NCBI GenBank assembly: GCA_965206645.1
Contig: CBDBKE010000002.1
Location: 320,001-384,000 of the forward strand
DNA length: 64,000 nucleotides
Reading direction: 5' to 3'
DNA from: Terriglobia bacterium
GTDB taxonomy: Bacteria > Acidobacteriota > Terriglobia > JAJPHL01 > JAPKYU01
Shown here one piece after another: positions 51,842 through 62,199 of the stretch (positions within the stretch are counted from its first letter, which is position 1; the number at the start of each line of letters is the position of its first letter). The notes beneath the pieces were generated by a model, which had not been told where the DNA came from, ran no database searches, and saw only the letters and a list, made by a program, of their open reading frames with translations. Made by a program: the position numbers and the translations under genes.

Positions 51842-52570
51842 GTGTCAAACAGACCGCCCGCGGGCAGCTCCTTCCTGGATCGCTTGGGTATTTCTGCCGT
51901 CATCTTTGACCTGGACGGCGTGCTGATTGACTCCATGCCCTTTCATTACGAGGCCTACCGGCGGCTGCTGGCCGAGGAAGGTCTGCCGCTGGAGCGGATG
52001 GAGATTTACCTGCGCGAAGGCCTGGGTTCGCCGGACGTGATCCGATCCCTGGCCGAGGATAAGGGGTGGGCATTCTCTCCGGAGCGTATCGAAGAGCTGG
52101 CGCAGCGCCGACGGCAGCTCTTCTACCAAGTCTACCAGCACCGGGTCTTTACCGAAGTGCCGGAGATACTGACCTGGCTCAGCCAGGCGGGATACCGCCT
52201 GGCTGTCGTATCTGCAGCCACGCAGAAAAGCCTCGACGTTTGCTTGAACCAGTATCCCGCGGGCCCGGACGGAAGAGGTCTGGGGCAGTGGTTCCCGTTG
52301 GTCATCAGCGGAACCATGGTGGAGCGCGGCAAGCCCTTTCCCGACCCTTACCTGAAAGCCCTGGAGGATCTGGGAGTGAAAGGGACGCAGGTGCTGGTGG
52401 TGGAGAATGCTCCGGCGGGGGTCACCGCGGCGTTGGCAGCCGGATGCCATTGCGTGGCCTTAGAGACGACGCTGCCTCGAAGTCATCTTGAGGGCGCGCA
52501 CTGGGTCCTACCTGATCATGCGGCTCTGCTCCAGAAGCTACGGGATTCGCCTGACCCAACTGGCGTCTAG
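51842..52570 (+). CDS. HAD-IA family phosphatase (beta-phosphoglucomutase-like)
   Basis: FDLDGVLIDS, VVS, GKPFPDPY and VVENAPAGV motifs. Confidence 0.9.
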   Translation: MSNRPPAGSSFLDRLGISAVIFDLDGVLIDSMPFHYEAYRRLLAEEGLPLERMEIYLREGLGSPDVIRSLAEDKGWAFSPERIEELAQRRRQLFYQVYQHRVFTEVPEILTWLSQAGYRLAVVSAATQKSLDVCLNQYPAGPDGRGLGQWFPLVISGTMVERGKPFPDPYLKALEDLGVKGTQVLVVENAPAGVTAALAAGCHCVALETTLPRSHLEGAHWVLPDHAALLQKLRDSPDPTGV

Positions 52571-52572
52571 CA

Positions 52573-53947
52573 CTAGCGGCGGCGCCCCTTGCGGCGGCTC
52601 CGTTTCAGCTTGAATCGGATCTGCTCCGTCCGGTCTTCATGCACCACCACATACCGCGTTTGGCGGTTGAACCCGGCACGATCAACGGTGACCCTGTACC
52701 TGCCGGGGGTGAGGCCGATATTGGCCGGGGAACGGTGAGCGGTGGCTCTTCCGTTCAAGTAGATCTTGTCGAGTGTGGATCACCAGGCGCGCGACCGCCG
52801 CTGGGGCCGCCGCACGACCTGACCGTGGTTGTGGGCGCGCCGGCGGCGTTGCTCTTTCCAACTGAGTGGCTGTGGGCGCCTGGGCTGGGGCTGAGTCCGC
52901 GGGGCTGCGCATCCGCCAGATGGCTCCGGCGGCCAGGGCCAGCACTATGGCAGCCCCCACTGCCAGCAACGCTTTCTTTCGCCGCCACCATCTTGTTCGC
53001 AACCATGCTGCGCCAAGGACCCGTGGCGCTGCTTCAGGTTGCACGCCGGCCTGGAGAAGCATCGTCTTCTCTGCAGAGGCATCAACTCCGCCCGCGGCAG
53101 CCGGAGCAAGCACGGCCGCCTTAGCCCCTGCGCCTTGCTTTGGCGCCCCCGCGGCATGACCCTTCAGGTCGGCGACCAGCTCAGCGCAATTCTGGTAGCG
53201 CTCAGCCGGATCCTTGGCCAGCGTCTTCAGCACCACGTGGTCCAAGCCTGGGTGCAGTGTGGGATTCAACGCGGTCGGCGCCTGCGGTTGCTCCCCGACG
53301 ATCTGGAAGATGACGGTGGTAATGTTTTCGCCGGCGAAGGGCTTGGTCCAGGCCAGCATCTCGTAGAGAACCACGCCGAGCGAGAAGATGTCGGAGCGTC
53401 CGTCCAAAGCTCCGCCCTTCACCAGCTCCGGCGACATGTAGGACGAGGTGCCCAGCGCCTGGCCGGTGCGGGTCATGCCCATGTTGACGATCTTGGCCAC
53501 GCCGAAGTCCATCACCTTGACGTGGCTGCCCGTGACCATGATGTTGGCCGGCTTGATGTCGCGATGGATGATCTGGCGGGAATGGGCGTGATCCAGCGCC
53601 GCGCCTACTTGCTCCACAATGGGAATGGCCTGCTCCACTGGCACCGGAGTGCGACCTATGATGCGCTGCAGGGTCTCTCCCTCCACCAGCTCCATGGCGA
53701 TGTAGAACAGCCCCTGGTCTTCGCCGGCATCGTAGATGGTGACAATGTTGGGATGCGACAGGATGCCAGCCGCCTGAGCCTCGCGCCGGAAGCGCATCAC
53801 CAATTCCGGGTCCGCGGCCTCCAGCGAGATGGTCTTGATTGCGACCGGGCGGCCGATGGTGGGGTCAAAGCCACGGTACACGACGCCCATTGCCCCCCGG
53901 CCCAACTCTTCCTGGATCTGGTAGCGTCCGACCCTAGTCAAAGGCAT
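52573..53947 (-). pseudogene. Hanks-type Ser/Thr kinase with TM segment and frameshifted PEGA domain
   Basis: LGRGAMG, VAIK, HRDIKPAN, DFG and DIFSLG motifs; the PEGA half IYLNGR...LTPGRYRVTVDRAGF is in another frame after about 52768. The kinase domain itself is intact. Confidence 0.75.
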
Positions 53948-54016
53948 GGGAAGCCGGAATCCCGCTCTCTGCGCCTGTTCCCGGAGCGGGTGCGCTTGTT
54001 GTGGGCAGCAGGCGGA

Positions 54017-54096
54017 GTATAGCATGTCGGGTATAGCATGCCGGCGCCCGGCGACTTATAGTGGTCGCCTTATAGTGGCTGCCTTATAGTGGGGGC
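54017..54096. repeat. Two 14-bp tandem repeat sets in a divergent intergenic region
   Basis: GTATAGCATG(T/C)CGG x2 and CTTATAGTGGnnGC x3. Confidence 0.85.
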
Positions 54097-54125
54097 CATT
54101 CCACTATCGCGCGAGGCAAACGACG

Positions 54126-54536
54126 ATGTCCTACTGGTTCTTTCTCAGCGACCCGGAGGATTACCACTTCGATGCGCTGCTGCGGCGCAAGAACGAAACG
54201 TGGGACGGGGTGTTTGGCACAGCGGCGCAGAGCTTTTTGGGCCAGGTCAAACGCGGCGATCGCATTCTGGGCTACCACACCGCCCCGGAGAAGCAGGTGG
54301 TCGCCGTGCTGGAAGCTTCGAGCGATGCCTACCAGAATCCCGAGATCAAGGGCAAGAAGAACTGGGTGGTGAACGTGAAGGGGCTCGAGAAGCTGCCGCG
54401 CCCCGTTCCCCTGGCGGAACTGAAGGCCACCAGGAAGCTGGCCCAGATGAAGCTGTTCAAGCTGATGCGCCCGATTGCCGTCTCCCCACTCACTGAGGCT
54501 GAGTTCAACGAGATCCGCCGCATGGGCGGCCTGTAA
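54126..54536 (+). CDS. EVE-domain protein
   Basis: YWFFLSDPEDY, WDGV, GDRILGYH, AYQNP, VPLAELK and VSPLT motifs. Confidence 0.85.
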   Translation: MSYWFFLSDPEDYHFDALLRRKNETWDGVFGTAAQSFLGQVKRGDRILGYHTAPEKQVVAVLEASSDAYQNPEIKGKKNWVVNVKGLEKLPRPVPLAELKATRKLAQMKLFKLMRPIAVSPLTEAEFNEIRRMGGL

Positions 54537-54638
54537 AGCGCTGTCCTGGGGCCGGGTTCTGGGGCGCTGCTGAGAACGCGGAAGCTGGTCATTCCGCAAA
54601 AGAGCCGGGCCGCAGCATTCAGCAGCGAGACTTGTCGC

Positions 54639-54716
54639 TCAGTTCGCTCTTTTGACCAGTTCCACCCGCCGGTTCTTGGCGCGGCCCTCTTCCGTCTCGT
54701 TAGTTGCCACGGGCGC
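54639..54716 (-). pseudogene. Extreme 3' piece of the OmpA-family gene
   Basis: APVATNETEEGRAKNRRVELVKRAN*. Confidence 0.88.
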
Positions 54717-56155
54717 GAGGGTGTCCTGAACTCAGTTGAAAGTTCGTAGCGGCGGTTCGGAGCCATCATACTACGCCACCTCCCGTCGAGTGGCCGACTT
54801 TGATCCTTCGAGGATCGCTTTCAACATCCACAGGTCCTGGTACCCCATCAGGCGGCGGAAGTTTTTCTCCGTGGCCAGGAAGCTGGAGGCGACCCAGCGC
54901 TGGACCATGGCCGCATCCCGCCAGCGGCACACCCGGCGAGTTCGCAACCTCACTCCCGCCTGCGGACTCTCGATGAGATTGGTGGTGGCCAGACAGCGAT
55001 GTAGCGAAGCCGGAAGCTCCAGCCGGTTGATGGTGAAACATTCCTCCAGACCCTCCCGTAAGCTGGCCGCCGCGGCCGGACAATCTCGCTCCAACCATTG
55101 GGCCAACTTCTCCAGCTTGGCCCTGCCGGTCTTCGGATCCAACCGCCAGGCGGCCCGCATCGCCGCCCGCACCTGGTCCCGCTCTGGCTCCGGCAACCGG
55201 TCCAGGACGTTGCGCAACTTGTGGGCGCGGCAGCGCTGCACCGGCTGCTCGGCCCCGAACACGGCGCGGATCGCCGCCCGCAAGGCCTTCGAGCCGTCGA
55301 TCACAAACAGCCGTTTCTGGGCCGGCTGCACCCCTCGCCGCACTAAACCTTCCAGCAAGTCCTGGACGGCCGCGGCGTTCTCCGTAGCCCCCTGCTGAAT
55401 CCCCAGCACGTGCTTGTGCCCTTCCGCATCCACGCCCACAGCCGCAATCACGTGATGGTCGCCAAACACCATCCCGTCGATGTAGAGGATCAGCAACTCT
55501 ACTTCCTCGAAGCGGCGGTTCAACAGACGTTCTAACTCGGCTGCGGCAGCCTCCATCGTTTCCCGGCTGACCGTGGAGCGCGACACACCCACGGTGTCCG
55601 CCATCTCCGGCAACACCCGCTGGTACTGCCGGGTCGAGACGCCCCGCAGCAAGATATCCAACATCCGGGCCCCCAGACCCTCGCCCTCCTGCATGGCTTC
55701 GTAGGCCGGGAGGGGAACTTCTTTCCCCGCTCCCCGGCCTGGCCGCCGGAGCCGTGGCCTGTGCACGGCCAGCTTTCTCTCCTTCAGGCGCACCCGTCCC
55801 CGCTGGCGCCCATACCAGCCCACCCCACGGCGCCGCCGGCCCTGACGGCGCGGACCGGCCACCTGCGCGGCCGACAACTCCAGCACCGCTTCAATCGCCG
55901 CCCTACCCACCACGTCGATCAGCTCGTCGACGGCTAACCGCGATTGTTCGATCAACTCCACCCAGGGCAGCAGAAACTGCCCGTGGCGAGCCAGGTAGGC
56001 AGCCAGTTTGCGGGAGCTTCGGCTATCGCTCCGGCCTAGGATGTGGTAGCTTCTCTGCACGGCGGTTCCCCTTTCCAGAAAGTTTCCCAACCCGATTCTA
56101 CGGAACCAGGTCAGCGAACCGCCGCTCAACTTTCAACTAAAGGTGAGACACTCTC
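54717..56155 (-). mobile_element. IS256-family element; transposase ORF 54771-56129
   Basis: IRs GAG(A/G)GTGTC...AGTTGAAAGTT; 8-bp TSD ACGGGCGC at 54709-54716 and 56156-56163; GVSTR, YIDG, IDG, QRCRAHK and TTNLIES motifs. Confidence 0.93.
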
Positions 56156-56337
56156 ACGGGCGCTACGGGTCCGACACCCACCGCCTTAAGGCGAGAGGCG
56201 GCAATGCCGTATTTCTGTGACAGTGCGACTGTCACCGCCTTTGCCCGCGCATCGGAAAGCTGCAGATTGTGCTCGTAGCTTCCGGTGCCGTCTGTGTGTC
56301 CGGTGACGAAAAAAGTCATGGCCGAATTGCCCTTCAG
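56156..56337 (-). pseudogene. Middle piece of the OmpA-family gene
   Basis: LKGNSAMTFFVTGHTDGTGSYEHNLQLSDARAKAV...GVGPVAP. Confidence 0.88.
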
Positions 56338-56588
56338 TGGGGAAACGCACTATTAGCGCTAAAGCGGGTTCTTTCGTCTTTGTCCCTAGAGGTACAGTTC
56401 ACGCCTTTTGTAGGGCTGGGCAGGAACCAGTCAAGGGACTAGCCATGTTCTCTCCAGCAGGGGTTGAGAAGTTTTTTGAAGAAGCGGTCGACATGGATGT
56501 AACGGACACTGAAGCTTATATTGCCAGAGCCAATGCTTTAGCCGAGAAGTACAACATGGAGATTGTGGGGCCGCCACTGGAGGTCTAG
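56338..56588 (+). pseudogene. Captured 3' half of a cupin-domain gene
   Basis: Only cupin motif 2 (AGSFVFVPRGTVHAF) and the C-terminal EIVGPPL are present; the fragment begins exactly at the displaced TSD. Confidence 0.78.
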
Positions 56589-56619
56589 AAGCGGTCTCAG
56601 AGTGCCGAAACGTAGTAGG

Positions 56620-58277
56620 CCGGAATTTCCATTTTGAGCTTCCTCTTCACCCGAAAAGCTATGCCTCGTACCCTGTCGTGTCAACCGCAAACAGCTCTGG
56701 CCTCTTTGAGGTGGTAGTGCGGCACATTTTGGCTGTTCTTCGGAGTTGCTGTGCGGGTTTCGCCTGCCCAGCCTGCCGCGCCGCTGACACTTATCCGGCC
56801 CGACCACTTCTGAGCACCTAAAATTACCCTCTCTCCCGGTTCGCTAGCCGTCTGGCAGCGGCAGTGCCGAGATCGTTCGCAGCATGCTGCTGAACAGCCT
56901 CCGGCTCAAGTGCCCTTCGGCCAGCAAAAGCCAGTAATATCGCGCATGTTTCACCAGCCGTCCTCCCGTTTTCACCAACCGCTGTTGCAAGCTCGTCAGG
57001 GACCAGTTCCCGATTCTCTGTGGCAGCACCAGTCGCCGCCACAGGTTGCCGAGATTATAGGCAATGATGGTGAGCCACAGCCGGACCTCGTTCGACCGGA
57101 ACCGGTGACAACTGAGCCGCGTCATCTTCACTGCTTGCTCTCCTTCTTTGATCCACTGCTCCGCTGTCCCCCGCTTGTTGTAAAACCGCATCACCGCCCG
57201 ACTTGGCAGAGTCAAGTTCGTAACGATAAACCCTACTCGCGGGAACAGCTCCCCTGGATGATGCTCCACCTTGGCCACCACCCTGCGGGCTGTCTTCCAA
57301 CTGGCCGCTTGGTATAGAAAGCCCTTGAACTCCACCAACGGCTTCTTGCTGGGTCTCCCCACCGGCCGAGTCAGCAACTCCTCAATGTCCCGCTGTAGGC
57401 TGTCGTTAGCCGGGATGCGGATGGCGTACTTTACCTCCCGCTCCTCCAGAGCCTCGTAAATCTCCGGCTTGGCAAAGGCCGCGTCGGCACGAAACACCAC
57501 TTCCTTGCCCAGCTGCTGCTGCCGCTCGATCTCCGGCAGGAGAAGTTCTTTCCAGTCCTCGGCGCTGTGCACGTTGCCCGGTCGCAGCTTGGCCGCCAGA
57601 CAGTCACCCTCGCGATTGAACAGCAACAACGGGTGATAGCAGCTCGACTCGAAATGCCCGTTGTAGGCACTCTGCTCCTGCTGGCCGTAGACCGGAATCT
57701 CGGTCGAGTCCATGTCCAGCACCACCCGTTGCGGGGAATCCATAGCTTCCGCCCTGGCGATTAAATCCCGGTTGATCGCTGCCAAACCAGCCAGGTTCTC
57801 ATCTTGCGTCAGTAGTTCTGTCTCGAACGATTGCAGCCGGGAAGTCAACGCGGCTCCTCGCTCCCAGATCTTTTCTGAACCGATCAGCCGGAACGTCGGA
57901 TCTTGAGAGAGCCGTTCCGCGTCATTCATATCTTCGTAACCCGCCAAGCGGCTGTACACGGACTGGCGCAGGAGGTCAGCAAAGGGCAACCGTGTGTTCT
58001 TTCTCCGAGGATCGGCCAAGTGCTGTTTGATGAGTTCTCCGAATCCCAAATGTTCGTCTGATTCGCGCACGAGGATCAGGCCGCCGTCGGAAGTAACCCG
58101 CGACCCCTGGAAATCGACCTTCAATGCAGCATTGAAAGAGAACTGAAAGGGCTGATTTTGCCTCTCACCCACTCGGTTTCTACCTCCGGAAGCTGTATTG
58201 ACGCTGGAACCGGCATAAATATTGGCGTCGGAGGTCAGTATAAGGTTAGCTTTGGAGTTTTAAAACGGAAATCCGGG
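56620..58277 (-). mobile_element. IS1380-family copy 4 (type B); transposase 56844-58172
   Basis: Near-identical inverted copy of copy 2; its left flank (element sense) ATGAG equals the right flank of copy 2. Confidence 0.92.
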
Positions 58278-58557
58278 CTCATTCGGGATGTATCTAGCAT
58301 CTTCGGATTTTGCATCCCGGAAAGCAAGTTGTCCAGCATTTCTTCGGCGCCAGAAGGGACCCGTTCTTGAGGCGCACAGGAGGATGGTTATCTTTGATGG
58401 TGAAGTGCCCAGGCTCTCCGAACCCAGTGACGCTTTTAGCGTCTGCAACCCATTGTTTGCTCTGCGGCGGCCCCGGCAACGCCACGATGGGGCTGTCCCA
58501 GCTGCGGCCCTTGTCAGTGGATCGCAGGACGAAGGTCTTATCGTGATAGCACACTAT

Positions 58558-58935
58558 GAGAGTGAGCGAAACTTAGTTGGAAATTGAAACGGCTCCCACA
58601 CCCGTGTGGTTTGATGACGTTAAGAGACGGACATCACCCCACGAGAGAAAGGAGCCGAGATGAGCAGTGTCCTACGTCCTGTCAGGAAGCGCAAGAAGGG
58701 TCGCACGCTGGGTCCGGTCAAGATCATCCGCCGCGAGGACTACTCCGACCTGGAGCTCGACGCCAAGGTGGAGCTAATCCGGTCCTTGGTCCCCCTGGGG
58801 TTGATGCACGTGGAGGAGTTGCTCGATGAGGAGGTGACGGCGCTGGCGGGCGAGCGATACGCCCGCAAGGACGCGTCGGTCGGAGGGCGCCGTCATGGCA
58901 GCAATCCCGGGACGGTCGGGCTGGCCGGACAGCGC
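58558..58935 (+). mobile_element. Left-end fragment of a second IS256-family element
   Basis: GAGAGTG...TTAGTTG end resembles the IS256 IR above; ORF with EEVTALAGERY...RHGSNPGTV is cut off. Confidence 0.72.
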
Positions 58936-59120
58936 ACTCCGCTGCTGTGGCGCAGCTGAGTCGGTGGGGTAGGAGGAAGCCACGGTTGCTCCACGTCGGC
59001 TGGCTTGAACAGCTTCTTCAGGTTTTCGGTAAGCTGGGTCACCGCTTCCCCATAGGGCACATGTTAGGTCTTGCGGGGCCGTCCGGGCAGGTGGCGTCCG
59101 GTTCTGGCCGATCGGAAGGA

Positions 59121-59651
59121 TCAAGGAAGCTTCTTTCCCGTGCTGAAACCGGCATGGGACGATGGCGCGGTAGCGGCGGCGGCCGTCTCCGCTTTCCTGG
59201 CCTCCGCCCGGGCCACTTCGGCCCGCTGGGTTTCAATGCTTCCCTTGACGTAGGCGCCCTCCTCGATGATGGGCCGGGCTGTGATGATATCGCCGATCAA
59301 CGATCCGGACTTTCGGATCTCGACCTTGTCGATGGCGCGCACGTTCCCCTGCACCTTGCCGATGATGGTAATGTCCTTGGCGTGCAGGTTGGCCTTGACC
59401 CGGCCGTTGGGTCCGACGGTCAGGTTGTGGTCTGGCAGTTCCACCGTGCCTTCGACTTCTCCATCAAGGTACAGGTCCTCCTTTCCCGACAGCTCCCCTT
59501 TTACGACGACGGTTTTGCCGATGTAGGCCATTCCACTGTGGGGCGATCCTTCTCGCTCTGGCTCGAAAGGTCTCCGTTCACTGGGTGTAGCCACAGGACT
59601 CACCTCCTTTGCCACGTTGGTTGTGACTTCTTCTTTGCGCGTTTTCCACAT
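59121..59651 (-). CDS. Bactofilin (polymer-forming cytoskeletal protein), IS passenger
   Basis: IGKTVVVKGEL...DLYLDGEVEG...LTVGPNGRVKA...IIEEGAYVKG; GAGGAG RBS. Confidence 0.9.
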   Translation of the reverse strand: MWKTRKEEVTTNVAKEVSPVATPSERRPFEPEREGSPHSGMAYIGKTVVVKGELSGKEDLYLDGEVEGTVELPDHNLTVGPNGRVKANLHAKDITIIGKVQGNVRAIDKVEIRKSGSLIGDIITARPIIEEGAYVKGSIETQRAEVARAEARKAETAAAATAPSSHAGFSTGKKLP

Positions 59652-59901
59652 GCATTGGACTCCTCGTTGGCAACAAGCGGTCACTTGTCGCCATCAGGCC
59701 GGCCATTTCGATGAAACTATAACACAGGGAGGTCCTGAGCACGGTGCGCAAGCCCGGACGCGTGTCTTCCAAGTACTACTTGCGGCACAATGTCTGCGAT
59801 GGGTCTTCGAGGGAGCTGTGTTTGGAGAAACTGGTAGGGTCTGGTCTGCTTGTGGGCAGGATTTCTTTTTTGGTGTCCCGCTATAGGAGTTGGGACTTTA
59901 G

Positions 59902-61549
59902 CCGGAATTTCCTTTTTGGCCTTCCGGCGATTAAAAATATACACGCATCTGCGTCCCAGCGAGTACAATGTTTTCTCCGAGAGGACCATCAGCTCCGAGC
60001 GTCCCTTTCGGGGTCCCCTAAAACCGTCCAATCAGCATCCAAACCCAGCTTTTTCAGACAACTCTCCATACCTGGGGGATAGCGGCATCGTTTTCTTGTG
60101 TGCCGTAGCCCAGGCTATCCCGACGGGAGTGCCAATCCATCGATCCGCCCCAGCATGCTGGCAAACAGCCGTCGGGTCAAATGGCCCTCGGCCAGCAGGA
60201 GCCAGTAGTACCGTGAGTGTTTTAGGAGCCGTCCTCCGGTTTTCACCAGCCGCTGCTGGAGGCTCGTCAAGGACCACTTCTCGATTCTCTGTGGCAGCAC
60301 TAGCCGTCGCCATAGGTTGCCCAGGTTGTAGGCGATGATCGTCAGCCAAAGCCGTACCTCGTTAGATCGGAACTTGTGGCAACTGAGCCGCGTCATCTTC
60401 ACCGCCTGCTTGCCTTCCTTGATCCACTGTTCTGCGGTGCCGCGCTTGTTATAGAATCGCACCACCGCCCGATTCGGCAGCGTCAGATTCGTTACAATGA
60501 ACCCCACTCGCGGGAACAACTCCCCGGAATGATGCTCTACTTTCGCCACCACCCTTCGAGCCGTCTTCCAACCGGCTGCCTGGTACAAGAACCCCTTGTA
60601 CTCGACCAGCGGTTTCTTGGTGGGCCTTCCCACGGGGCGTTTCAGTAGCTCTTCGATGTCTCGCTGCAGAATATCGTTGGCCGGGATGCGAATTGCGTAC
60701 TTCACACCCCGTTCCTCCAATGCCTCGTACACCTCCGGCTTGGCAAAGGCCGCGTCCGCCCGAAACGCAATCTCTTTTCCCATTCTTTGCTGGCGCTCAA
60801 TCTCGGGCAACAGGAGTTTCTCCCAACCCTCGGCACTGTGCACGTTGCCCGGACGGAGCTGGGCCGCCAGACAATCCCCCTCGCGGTTGAACAGCAACAG
60901 CGGGTGAAAGCAAGTTGACTCGAAGTGCCCGTTGTAGGCGCTCTGCTCCTGTTCGCCGTAGACAGGGATCTCAGTCGAGTCCATGTCCAGCACTGTTCGG
61001 TACGGCGAATTCAACGCTTCTGCTTTGCCAATCAGTTCCCGGTTCACCCGTGCCAGCCCTGGGAAGTTCCCATCCTCGGCCAGCAGGTCCGTCTCGAAGG
61101 TTTGCAACCGGGATGGCAGTGCTGCCCCTCGATCCCAGATCTTCTCGGAGCCGATCAGCCGGAAGGTCGGATCTCGTGAGAGCTGCTTGGCATCATTCAC
61201 ATCCTCGTACCCAGCCAGGCGGCTGTACACCGACTGCCGCAGCAGGTCCGCGAAAGACAACCGCGCATTGTTTGCCCGCGAATCGGTCAGGTGCTCGTCA
61301 ATGAGTTCGCTGAATCCCAGACGCTCATCCAACTCCCGGACCAGAATCAGTCCACCATTGGAAGTCACTCGTGATCCCTGGAACCCGACTCGCAGAAATC
61401 GGTTGAACGACAGCTGAAATCCCTGTTTTCCGCTCTCACCCATTGGGTGTACACCTCCGGAAGGCAATGTTGATGCTCGAACCCGCATGAATATTGACGT
61501 TGGAGGTTAGCAGAACGTTGCCGCTGCGTTTTCAAAAAGGAAATCCGGG
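59902..61549 (-). mobile_element. IS1380-family copy 5 (type C, 1648 bp); transposase 60115-61443
   Basis: Same terminal motifs with a diverged transposase; flank CTTAT (61550-61554) recurs at 58537-58541. Confidence 0.92.
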
Positions 61550-62199
61550 CTTATAGTAGTTTCCCCCCAGATTCAGGCGGCTGTGAAAAGCCGAGTGAAA
61601 GTAAAACATGGCGCCCGGTTTGGACATATTGAGCCGTGGAATGGCCTGACCGTGAAAAAGGAGCTTTTTCTGCTCTTCCGCCGGCCGGCGGGCATCCCAG
61701 ACGACCACATCGTTCTCCCGGGACCAGGTCTCGCCGTTGTCCGTCGATCGCTGGAGAAGCACAACCGAGTTGGCATGAATCCTAAAATGGTCCACATCTT
61801 CGCGGGTCTGGTACTTGGAGGGCGCATGGTAGTGGAGGACCACAATCTCTCCGTTGCCAAAATTGGCGATGCCGCACTGACGCGGCCAGCCACAATAAGT
61901 GTTTCTGCTCTCGCACACCTTGATATGACGCACATCGGTGATGTGGATTTTCGAGGAGAAGCTCCTTTCGGCGCCCGCAAGGAAAACCAAGTTGAGCAAA
62001 GTCAGAACTACTAAAAAACCGCCAAGCCTTCTCGTCATTGCAAATCTCCTTTCCAAAGCGGAAAGATCAGTTGACCGTGCGTTCCTGGTTATAATGAAAC
62101 CCGACTGTCCCTGCAACTACACATGTCAAAGCAAGACCCTGGACAGCTTGTGCTGGGGATGGCCGGGACTGAAACCGTGAGACCCCAACCGGTGGTCGA

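Larger units (their letters stand above)
58294..62038 (-). pseudogene. Secreted sialidase-like/BNR Asp-box protein split by IS1380 copy 5 plus passenger (pieces 61550-62038 and 58294-58541)
   Basis: Asp-boxes RSTDNGETW and RSTDKGRSW; joining at TSD ATAAG gives GGNYYK|TFVLRSTDKG in frame. The 3' part appears further truncated. Confidence 0.82.

Noticed and set aside
54017-54096. Mini-CRISPR
   Set aside because: 14-bp period leaves no room for spacers.
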